Positions 10,929-23,199 of a stretch of 64,000 bases of DNA are shown one piece after another; position 1 is the stretch's first letter; every line of letters starts with the position of its first letter. Both the position numbers and the translations under genes were made by a program. The stretch spans positions 5,644,001 to 5,708,000 of the forward strand of contig CM097885.1 in assembly GCA_044892525.1 (NCBI GenBank). Direction: 5' to 3'. The notes beneath the pieces were generated by a model. That model was given only the letters and a program-made list of their open reading frames with translations, did not search any database and had not been told where the DNA came from. The DNA comes from Schmidtea polychroa (lineage: Eukaryota).

Positions 10929-11571
10929 CATTATTATTTTAGGTAAAGAATTCTACAATAGCAAAGTTACGCAAATCCTCGATAAACTGAAAATAAATCA
11001 CTACTCGGTACATTCTCAATACAAAGCTGCCCATGTTGAAAGATTTAATCGAACATTGAGAGATCGATTAAAGAAATTGTTCGTGCATCAAGGTAATAAA
11101 AAATGGGTAAATGCTTTACCGAAAATAATAACAAGTTATAATCATTCATCACATCGAGGACTGAATGGATTGAGACCGGTTGATATTACATCAAAAACAT
11201 CATTGACTTCTAAGAAATCTGTAAAAATTGCAAAACCTAAATATAAAGTCGGTGACCATGTTAGAATTAGTAAAATTAGTGCATCACCATTTATTAAAAA
11301 TTTTGATACAAATTGGAGTGATGAAGTCTTTGTAATTTCAAAAATAAATACTAAACAGAATCCTGTAATGTATGTCATCAAAGACAGTGATAATAATATT
11401 GTACAAGGGAAATTTTATGAGCAGGAATTACAAGTCATTCCTCCCCCAAAAGTATTTAGAATTCAAAAAATATTGAAAACTAAAACGGACGGTAAGGATA
11501 AACAATAATATGTCAAATGGCATGGTTATCAAAACCCGTCATGGATATCAGCAAAAGACCTAATAAAGTGA
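10423..11571 (+). pseudogene. Retroviral-like (rve) integrase with C-terminal chromodomain; one intron and one premature stop
   Basis: WQMDL, QTDLG|KEFYN and VERFNRTL give the D,D,E triad. GT-AG intron at 10847-10942 filled with (ATT)n. Chromodomain FRIQKILK...*YVKWHGY..SWI is interrupted by TAA at 11506-11508. Confidence 0.95.
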
Positions 11572-12566
11572 ATTTTTATACTATTTTGCCGAGCAATAGT
11601 TGCCCATTAATTCATCCAGACAATCAAGCCAGTAAATTCATGGTCAATCTCCAGAATCCGATTTCTTTAAATGGGGACTGGGAAGTTACAACACATTCCC
11701 ATTTTATAGTCAATGTAAGATTGATTTCAAAAGGAATATTGTGAAAACATGTAGCGGTATCTTTGTTATCAGTAATTATGATAAAACATATCATATTCCA
11801 AACCAAATATTAGATTCGCATTGCTATATGTTTTACAAGGATGGATTAAATATCAGTTGTGATTTTAAACCATTTACAATAACATTCGAAACTATTGAAG
11901 ATGCCAAACGAATGGGTTGCAATAAGTTGAAAAATATTGTTACGGAGACGGAGTATTTATTACGTTTTAATCTATTTGAAGCAAACAGTATAGTGAAAGA
12001 AGAAATCAAAATATCTATGTCGTATAATGATGAAGTTGAAGAATCATTTACCTTTGCTGATGAATTATATTATTGATAAACTTGATGATTTACTTAAATA
12101 TTTAAAGTTCAATTGTTCACATATATTTAAAAATTTGGAAATTGTGAAAGATTTGATGTTTACATTCAGTTTGAATGATGACATTTGCGAAGTTACATTT
12201 GATAAAAATTTGGCAAATTCACTTGGATTAGATAAGCAAAAATATCGAGAAAAATCGACTGGTATACGCAAACCAAGAATACTAGAACATCATCAACAAA
12301 TGTTCATATATACTAACATTATCAAACCCATAAATGTTGGTGATTCCAGTGTTCCTCTTTTGAAATCGGTATGGATTGGCAAATATGAACATGATGAAGT
12401 TGTCAATATAAATATCGATAATCCCATGTATTTACCAATAGCAAGTTCATGTATAAACAATATAGAAATAAATATTCGTGATGATGTTGGAAAACTTATA
12501 AACTTTCCAAAAGGTTCAAAAACTCATTTGACATTACATTTTCGTAAAGTAGATGGCAAATTCTGA
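11568..12566 (+). pseudogene. Minor capsid (penton) protein, frameshifted
   Basis: N-term FYTILPSNS..HPDN...LNGDWEV and C-term FIYTNII...VGDSSVPLL...IEINIRDD.G..INF...THLTLHFR, spread over three frames. Confidence 0.88.
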
Positions 12567-12921
12567 TATTATTAGTATGTATAGTGGTAGCCAATCTGGT
12601 GGCGAATTACCATATTTTATTGGTAAACAGTACGGATCAGGATGGTTGAGAACAATTGGTAGATTTGCCCTGCCTATTCTTAAACGTATTGGTAGTTTTG
12701 GTATGAAAACTGCAAAAGATGTTATTATGAATGAACAGAAAATATTACCATCTCTAAAAACAAATGCTTTAGCTGAATTAGGGAAAGTTTTACCCGGGGT
12801 TGCAGGTATGTTTCAAAAAGAAAAACCTCCAGCTCCAGCTCACGCTCCAAAACGTAAAAGACATGGAATATCACGTATAAACAAACGAATGAAAGGACAT
12901 GGAACTATATTTGCAAAATGA
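12553..12921 (+). CDS. Small basic Polinton virion-core-like protein (QYGSG motif)
   Basis: QSGGELPYFIGKQYGSGWLRTIGRFALPILKR amphipathic segment and basic tail, located between minor and major capsid genes. Confidence 0.75.
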   Translation: MANSDIISMYSGSQSGGELPYFIGKQYGSGWLRTIGRFALPILKRIGSFGMKTAKDVIMNEQKILPSLKTNALAELGKVLPGVAGMFQKEKPPAPAHAPKRKRHGISRINKRMKGHGTIFAK

Positions 12922-14115
12922 TTTGTGGTAAATCTGAATTATGTATATTTGATAGACCGTCGCCCCAGGCTGTAATAGAATTTGGGGCATTTGAGGAGTT
13001 TTTCCTATGAATTCAATTACCGATAGTAGAAATGATATCGAGTTTTATATTAATGGTTCGCAAACCGAATATTTAGATTTGAACGATACTTTATTGACTG
13101 TTCAGATTAAGGTTGTAGATAAAGATAGAAAAGCTTTGGATGCCAATGCAGATGTAATACCGAACAATTTCCTGTTTCATACTCTTTTTAAAGATGCAGT
13201 GTTAGGTTTTAATAATATCAAGATTGAGGGCGGAAATAATACATTCATTCACAAGGCATTAATAGAAACTATTTTAAATTACAATTCCGATACTAAAAAT
13301 ACATGCCTTACTCCTATGGGCTATGGTAGTGATGATGAAAGAAAAAAGTGGGTAAAAGGCTCAAAGGTTTTCACCATTTTATGGATCAACCGAAATATTT
13401 ACTCCCGGGAGTTAATGTACATATTAGACTGAAAAGGTCTGATTCTGCATTATCTCTTACTAGTGCAACTACTACACCAATATGTCAATTAGTTGATGCA
13501 AAATTATTGGTGAGAAGAGTTCGAGTAGACCCGTCAGTATTAGCAGGTCATCAATTGGGTCTTAATTCAAAACATGCAATTTATCCATTAAAAACAAAGG
13601 AAATTGTACAATTTGCTATTGCTAAAGGTGCTTCATCATTCTATAAAGAACAAATATTTGGTGACAGAAGAATGCCTAATTTTATTCTGATAACATTTCA
13701 AAGTGAAGCACAATATAATGAATCATATACTGCGTCCAGCTCAATTTTCAAAAACTTTGGTGTTACATCATTGACTTTGTCGAAAAATACTGATTATAGA
13801 GAAACATATATTCAAGATTTCGAGAATGATAATTACTGTGCGACATATATGCAGAGTATTGTTAGAAATCTTGGTTATTTAGATAAAAATTTGAATTGCG
13901 GAATCACTCTAGAAGATTTTAAAAGCAAATACCCATTTTTTACATTTGTTTTAGCCCCTGATTTTGATTTAAATCAAAGTCAATTACCTCAAAATGGAAA
14001 TTTACGACTGGATATAAAGTTTGCAAAAGCTATTACTGAACCAGTACATGTTATAATATATGGAGTATTTGAAAATGAAGTTCAAATTACTGCAAATAGA
14101 ACTGTGTTGGTATAA
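12918..14115 (+). pseudogene. Major capsid protein (double jelly-roll, hexon-like), two frameshifts
   Basis: KSELCIFD..PQ, IEFYI.G..EYLDL..TLL, QPKYLLPGV, GNLRLDIKFA and IIYGVFENEVQI motifs; frame breaks near 12998 and 13378. Confidence 0.93.
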
Positions 14116-14142
14116 ATGTATATTGAAACACAAAAAGTTGTC

Positions 14143-14508
14143 ATGGAGTAAGTTGTTTTTATACTCTGGATTTATTTAAGTAGTTCTGTTCAGGTCAATA
14201 AAATCGGAAAACGGATATTGGGAAATGAATTTGATAAAATTCCATATTTGAGCAATAATCAAGCCATAATCGTCAATACTCAATCGTCTCATCTTGGTGG
14301 AGAACATTGGATAGCTATATATATGAAACCTGGTAATATATTCGTGTTCGATCCTATGGGTTTCTATTATCCTGCTTTGTTGATATCAAAACTGCAAACA
14401 ATGGGGTAACCTATTGTGTATAATAAAACTATGTTTCAAAATCCCTTGACTCAAACATGTGGCAAACACTGTTTGGCGTGGTTGTTGTACAAAATGTTTC
14501 ATGTTTAA
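14143..14508 (+). pseudogene. Adenain-like cysteine maturation protease with one in-frame stop
   Basis: VNT...GEHW, FDPMG and Q.....CG.HC give His/Asp/Gln/Cys. TAA at 14407-14409. A probable 36-nt intron at 14148-14183 yields N-terminus MDSVQV. Confidence 0.9.
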
Positions 14509-14909
14509 TAAATGTTTAGTGTATGCTTTGTTGTTGTTATTTAATAAGAAAGACTTTTATTATTATTATTTGTTATTTAATAAGAAAGACTTTAATTTTA
14601 TTATTTATTGTTATTATTAAGAATAATATTAATTATTTTTAATTAACTTATTACTTATCATAAAGCCATCACATGCTCCGTGCATGCACAGTGCATGTTA
14701 ACAAAGAACTTACTAATAAAGACAGTCACATGGAAACAGTGTGATTAACAAGGCATGTGTAGATGCAATATGATTGGTTGAGAGAGGAAAATTCTAAGTT
14801 ACTATGCGTGTATGTCTAATTCTGATTGGCTGGGACAGGAAAGTTTTCATTCTCTTTATAAACATTTGCAATTTCCAAATTCGTCACAATTATTTTAAAA
14901 TTTTACAAA

Positions 14910-15543
14910 ATGGAAGGAGAAGGAAATAATATTTTAAGATGTATGATGGCTGGCGATAATGGTATATTATTTATTTTTATTTTATTTATTTTTATATATT
15001 TATTTTGTAGATGATTTATGGTACCAGGTGACCGAGAACGAAAATGGCTTTAATTTAAATTGCACCTATGGTAATTTTATTTTTATTTATTAATATTATT
15101 ATTATTATTTAGACGTTATAATGGTGAGCGATGAGGAAGATGAATTAATAATTATTAGTGATGATGAAGAGGAATCTCCAATTATTATTAATGATCACTA
15201 CTTATCAGGTAAATTATTATTATTATTATTAGTTAATTTAAAAAAACTGTTTTAGGAAATAGTCAAAGAGAAAATTCCCCCAATCTTGTTGAAGAAACTG
15301 AAAATATATTAGGTGCCATGATTGAATATACACGTAAATTTTTATTATTATTATATGTAATTTTTCAAAATTGATTTAGAAAGTTCAATTATTTTGGAAG
15401 ATATATATGATCCTATTATGGATGAGCTTTATGCCCCTATTAATGTTGATGCCCCGGAAATTGCTGATGCTCCAGAAACTATATTATTTAATGCTCCTAT
15501 TCAGGATGCCCCTATGCGGGATGATTTCGATGCCCCACTTTAA
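14910..15543 (+). CDS. Five-exon acidic protein with tandem SUMO-interacting-motif-like sequences (149 aa)
   Basis: Exons 14910-14961, 15011-15070, 15113-15208, 15256-15333, 15380-15543 joined by four phase-1 GT-AG introns (42-49 nt) give one open frame. Upstream ATTGG boxes and TATAAA near 14857. Confidence 0.8.
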
Positions 15544-15831
15544 CTGGGGATGACCTCTCTGAGGATGATACAGATTCAGATTCTGAATCTAAATGTTAGT
15601 TTTTATTTATTTTATAAATATTTATTTTAATAATTTATTTTACTAATTTCTTAAATTAAAAATAACATTCTCTAGATTATTTAAATTATTTATAACTTAA
15701 ATTATTTCAAACATAAAATTTTATATGAAAATATCGAAGAAATGATGAAATTTATATGAAAAATGATGAAAATTATATGAAATTAATGATTCTAACTAAT
15801 CTAGAGAATGTTATCTTTATTTAAGTTTAGA

Positions 15832-16450
<619 letters not shown>

Positions 16451-17418
16451 TACGCATATATAGCACTCAATACGAACATAACAAGCACAATTCTTTTTCA
16501 GTGAAACCAAATTTCGAAAGGATTTTATTAACTTGATAAACATTTGATTTTTAAATAAATATTTGATAACTAAAATCTGTTTTATATTTGATAGCCCTAT
16601 ATAGTTACCAGTGCAACGTTGGGAATCTCAAGCTTTGTTGAGACCTCAACAAATGTATAAGTTCTGCATAGCAACTCATACTTGCGCTTCAGAAGTATCC
16701 TTTGGGAACGCATTCTGTGATGAGCTCGTCCCGACGCTTTTCCAATCTTACAGTTCTCTGGTGTAAGTCGTGTGCTTTGGGCTGTTGTAACCAAGAAACT
16801 TCCATTTAATTAATCTTCTTCTGTTGCATGCTTATCTGTTCTTTTAGTCTCTTTATCTTGATGGTGGCGGGGTTAAAGGCTTGATTGGTATGTAACCTTG
16901 AATCTTTAGGAGTTTTGTCCATGCTGAAAAAAAGAAAAAAAGAAAAAAATATTTACTTTACGGTGATTCGATTGCATGTTTAAAGTTTAACCTTATAAAA
17001 TTAGCTTTAATTCATAATTCTCATGCTAGCTTATTCTGATCAAATGGGAATTTCAATCCGCATTTTCTACTATTATATTACTCAATCTCCAAAGTTTGGA
17101 TAATTTACACATTCCTAAATGACTTTAAATTTGAGGGGGAGATTTTAAAGATTACAGTTTTATTTTTCGTCTCCCACCTTTCAGTATCCTGTATACGTTT
17201 TTTAGCTTCAATGTTTTAGAAAATTATCTAATTACTAGGTTTTGTTTATTTAGACTATTTATCATTTATGGTTTATCTCGTAAATATCCAAAGTTTAATA
17301 ATGTTTGTTAAATAAAGATTAACATAATTCAAGCTTTATTGTGGTAATTTTGGCTAGTTCATTAATACTCTATTAATTCGTATTTCAGAGGTTGCATTTT
17401 TTGGAAGTAGATCCTTCT

Positions 17419-17718
17419 CAGTGGCGTAGCCAATGAGGAGAAGGAGGGGGGTTATGGGGTTAAACCCCACCCATTGCATTTTCATGTACAAATATTTGTC
17501 GACGTCAAGTGCCTAAAAAATCATCCATCTAAATAAGAAAAAAACAAAAGACACTTTTTTTCCTTTATTTTATTTACTGTAAATATAATACTGTGACATC
17601 TGTCTGTACTCTGTAGTCTGTACTCTCATTAGTCCACGCTTGAAATGATTGACCATAATATTAATAAATATTTCTCAACTCCAACCTCCCCCTTCATAAA
17701 TTACTGACTAGGCCACTG
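17419..17718. mobile_element. 300-bp MITE, probably hAT
   Basis: TIR CAGTGGCGTAG...CTAGGCCACTG; 8-bp TSD ATCCTTCT/GTCCTTCT. Confidence 0.75.
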
Positions 17719-18029
17719 GTCCTTCTAATTATCATCACTATGTGGCTACAATTTACAACTATTTGTGGTAGTTTGTTACGGCTCCGATGATTTCTATAGT
17801 GAATAGCTGATATTAATCTAGCTCGAATTAGGTAATATGAAATAAAATTAGAATTCGAGTTAATCATGTAAAACTTTATTTGTCATCACAATAAAACGAT
17901 AATGAAACAGTGGTCGTTAAATCTTACAAAATTTACTTTTACCTGCTTTTAAATTTCGAGTGAAAAAATTGTCCTAAACAAAATTATTCGCAAAGAAAAG
18001 TGTGTTTTTAAGTTTTGATTTTTTCGTTA

Positions 18030-18085
<56 letters not shown>

Positions 18086-19117
18086 TTCCGACCTATCAGA
18101 TGAGGGAGTAATCTCATTGGCTAATGGGTAGATTTTAATTATTTTATTTTAAATAAACAGGAATTTTTCCATTGTTTTTCTAATTTATTTAATTTTTATA
18201 TAATGCTATTTTAGTGTATTAAATTTTTTGTTTTATATTTCTCTTTTTTTATTTAAAATATATTTCTCTCTGCGACTTCTTACGATTTATAGTTTTTATT
18301 ACTCATCTTTTATTTTTTAATTACGTGTTTTTAAATATTTTTGTTTAGTTGATGTTTTATTATAATTTTAAATATACTTCTTGCACTTTTTGTGCTTTGT
18401 GGCTTCCTCTAATAGATAATTTTTATATTAATTATTTATTAATTTTCTAATCATATGGATTCTGTCCGAACACTGCATTTTAACTAACCATCGAACGTCA
18501 GTATAATCACATAACTCGTCTGTCATGTGTTAATCGCTATATCGTCCGCTAACTTTAATGTTATCTTGGCCTGACTTGGTTCCCAAAAATTCTCCTAAAC
18601 TCAACAGGAACATATTACAAGTTTCCTTCATAGCCCAACAATTAGCTTCTGTAATGCATTATAGAAAGGGAGTTCAGTTGCATCTAGGTGCGCGTACTAC
18701 ATGATTACTTGATCAATTCTTGGCGATGTGCATGGAATTAGAAGGTAATCTTGATGATCGACAAGTGACATTATCCTTTCTGAAACAGATAACTATTAAG
18801 TAATAGTATTACTGGATAGTTAACGTCTAATGTCTTATATTTTTGTCGGGCGTGCCAATTCTATAAAGAAAATCAATAAAATCATAAATTAAATATTAAT
18901 TTAAAAAATAATATTAAATTTATTGTAAACCAATATTATGATAGTTCCAGGTGCACTGTGACAAATACACAAAGATACAGTGGTTGATAGATGGATAATT
19001 TTATAATTATTTTATAATAATATTCAGTTGTTTAAATATTCTATAAATAATTGTATTTTAAATTTTATTTTATTTTTTAAAATTGTATTTTAAATTTAAA
19101 TTATTCCATTTTAGATT

Positions 19118-20326
19118 ATGTTAGCTAAGATTATTATTTTATATTGTGGTTTAATTAGTTTATTATTTATATCTACAGTAAAATCTGAGAATGAAGATGA
19201 AAAATTGAATAATCCATTTAAACTAATAGATGATCCAGATGATAAAAGTCGAAATGAAATAGCTGCTGAAGACGATGATGATGATAATCCATTTCTTTTC
19301 TTCAAACCTTTTAAAGATAAAATTATAATTGAAGATGATGGGAGTGATACCAATCCGTTCTTTCTTTTAAGGCCTTTTAAAAACCAAATCTATTCCGAGA
19401 AAGAGATTATTAACATGCTATGGCACAGTGATATCATGAAAATTTTTTATCAGCATACTACTGCCGATGAAGTATTCCAAAAAGAGTCTAAACAAAAAAG
19501 ATATCCAATTGAAGTAAATTTTAACTTGAAATTTACAAAGGAAATGTGGAAGAATCTAGAAAGATATTTAAATAATTCAAATCTCACGAAACCGTCTATA
19601 ATAAACAATTATTTTCTCAATCAAATGAAACTAGAAACAGTTGTGAAAGAGGAGCTAAAAGAAAGCGAACATTTCAAGTCTTATCAATGGGAATATGTTT
19701 CCATCTCCATCGCGGTATTCGTGGTGTTTTGTTATGCTGTCCTGTCAAAGGGGAAATTCGTGCTGTTCCTGTTGCTCCTGGTGCTGGTGCACAAAGGCTG
19801 GGAGCTCTATCATGATGAAGTGTTGGAAAAAGAATTCATTTCCCGGAATATTCCCGAATATTGCCTGGTAACATCAATGGAAAATGAATCGATTTGGAAA
19901 CGTTTCAATGTTTGGTTCTGGCACGATAGCAACCAGGAGGAATGCGCACGAGTTCGTGAGGAAATCGACAGGGAGGCGCATCACAGTGTCAATTTGGTGA
20001 GGATTTTCACCTCGTTGGCATTGGATATCGTTACGGGAATCTCAAACGGTATCGGCAAGATTGTCGGGACCAATTACATGAATCTCAGTGATTATTTGCC
20101 CTGGTATCTCGCACCGATGTTCCTTCTCATTCTTTTTGTCAGTCCGTTCATTTTCACCGGATTTATCCTCACTAAATCGTTCAAGGCTTGGCTCAAGCAC
20201 CGCAAGGCGACATCAAGGATATATAAAAACTCTCAGATCAAGGCATGCAGTGCTCCTCGTCGTTGCCAATATAAGTTTATTCCCTATCAATTTTCTCGAC
20301 TTACTAAAAAAATTACTTATAAATAA
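19118..20326 (+). CDS. CLCC1/MCLC-like ER membrane protein (402 aa, single exon)
   Basis: Signal peptide; TM hairpin followed by W.LY, a Cys...W..F..W...Cys loop, an amphipathic GIGK.VG helix and a final TM preceded by LPW, matching chloride channel CLIC-like 1 architecture. Recognised by eye. Confidence 0.6.
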   Translation: MLAKIIILYCGLISLLFISTVKSENEDEKLNNPFKLIDDPDDKSRNEIAAEDDDDDNPFLFFKPFKDKIIIEDDGSDTNPFFLLRPFKNQIYSEKEIINMLWHSDIMKIFYQHTTADEVFQKESKQKRYPIEVNFNLKFTKEMWKNLERYLNNSNLTKPSIINNYFLNQMKLETVVKEELKESEHFKSYQWEYVSISIAVFVVFCYAVLSKGKFVLFLLLLVLVHKGWELYHDEVLEKEFISRNIPEYCLVTSMENESIWKRFNVWFWHDSNQEECARVREEIDREAHHSVNLVRIFTSLALDIVTGISNGIGKIVGTNYMNLSDYLPWYLAPMFLLILFVSPFIFTGFILTKSFKAWLKHRKATSRIYKNSQIKACSAPRRCQYKFIPYQFSRLTKKITYK

Positions 20327-20867
20327 ATATTGAAAAATTGCATTTTTTATATCTGTGATTGGTTATTTCTATTATTGGTTGATTTTATTATTGGTCGATT
20401 CTATTTATAGCTTTTTTATAGTATTTATATTTTATTAATAAAAATACAGCAATATTTTTTTGCACTCAATGAAATGAATTTATTTAAGAAATTTTTGAAA
20501 ATGAACTTTATCTTTTTAACTCTTTGACTGCCATGTGGCACCACAGTGATAAACACTTCATGTTTTTTCAAGTGCCACGTACCGCCCGCTGTAGAACCAT
20601 TTCCTATAATATAACAAAAAAATCAATATTCTTACATTATAGCAACATACATACTTTGATTATCATCAAATGGCCATTGATTTGCATATTTAATAATATA
20701 AATATTAACTTACTTATAATAAATGTATGTGTGTCATAGCCAGAAGGAACATTGAATTAGCTAGGTGACATTCAATTAGCTCTTACACTATAGAAAGATA
20801 GAAAAAATCGCTGTTGGAAGAAAAATAAATAAATACATACAAACACGGTTCTATAATAAAAAATACA

Positions 20868-21568
20868 CACTATAGGACATTGATTTATCATGCGGACATT
20901 CAATTAGCTAAAAATTTTCCATTTAAAATTAATTAATTATAAAAAAATATACAATAATATGTCAGAAACTTCATCAGAATCGACTATTTCATTTCAAGAA
21001 ATACATAGATGAATGCTCTTCAATAGATGGACGAACAAGAGCTTCGGTAGATCACGAGTAGACAATAGAATTTAAAACAATATACCAACAAATCGAGGTC
21101 TCAATTTTCAAATATGAGCTAATCCATTTACAATAATATATCTTCATTGACTATTCAAATAGAAAAATTGCCATATAATCCATTTTTGAACCCCATCGAA
21201 AGTGTTGAGCAAAATTAAAAATGGGGTAAGGACTAAAGTTTCTTCGGTTGATGGATTTTCCAGACAGATTTACCTTCAATGAATGATTTACTGCAATATT
21301 ACAAGCAGTTAACGAGGAACTTCGAAAACCAGATCATAATAATTTCAAAAATCATATTAATAATCATATTAAAGATTCTTCCCTAAATTCTTGATATTTT
21401 AATAAAACTATGAAAAATTTAATGTATATTATAATAAATAAATAAATATCTTACTTCTTTATTCATTATTTTAACAAAAAATCTTAAAATTAACTAAAAT
21501 CCAAAACAAAGCCTATTTGACATAGCTAAATGAATGTCTCATTTATGATAATCAAATGCGCTATGGTG
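20868..21568 (+). mobile_element. Internally deleted Tc1/mariner-IS630 relic
   Basis: Imperfect ~45-bp TIRs (CACTATAG..CATTTGATT..AATTAGCTA and its reverse complement). Internal PYNPFLNPIE near 21170-21200 resembles the Tc1 SPDLNPIE motif. Confidence 0.6.
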
Positions 21569-21929
21569 TATAGAAATCTGAAAAGTGGAAGAAAAATTAA
21601 AAACTGCACACAAACGCAACACATATTAAAAAACACATACAAACTTTTGATTCGTAGAAATGTAACGATGGGATACTATAATAATTCTATTTTAGACAAT
21701 TTTTAGAAAAAAAAGATCGTTGAAAATTTTTAAAATTATATTTTTAATGAAAATATCAAGAGCAGATGAATTTGGTTCAATATCTTTTCAATCCAGATTT
21801 GATTTCCATAAAGAATCCCCTCATATTGAGCTCAGAAAAAAAAATTAAAAAAATTATTTTAATCAGCGATTTTTCCCAAAATGTTTAAAAAAAATACATA
21901 TTTTAGGTGATTGATTTATTAATTAATTA

Positions 21930-23180
<1,251 letters not shown>

Positions 23181-23199
23181 ATGTAAATTTATATTTTTG

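Noticed and set aside
10847..10942. Poly-Ile transmembrane insert in the integrase
   Set aside because: Bounded by GT-AG; removing it restores the TDLGKEF catalytic motif, so it is best read as an intron.
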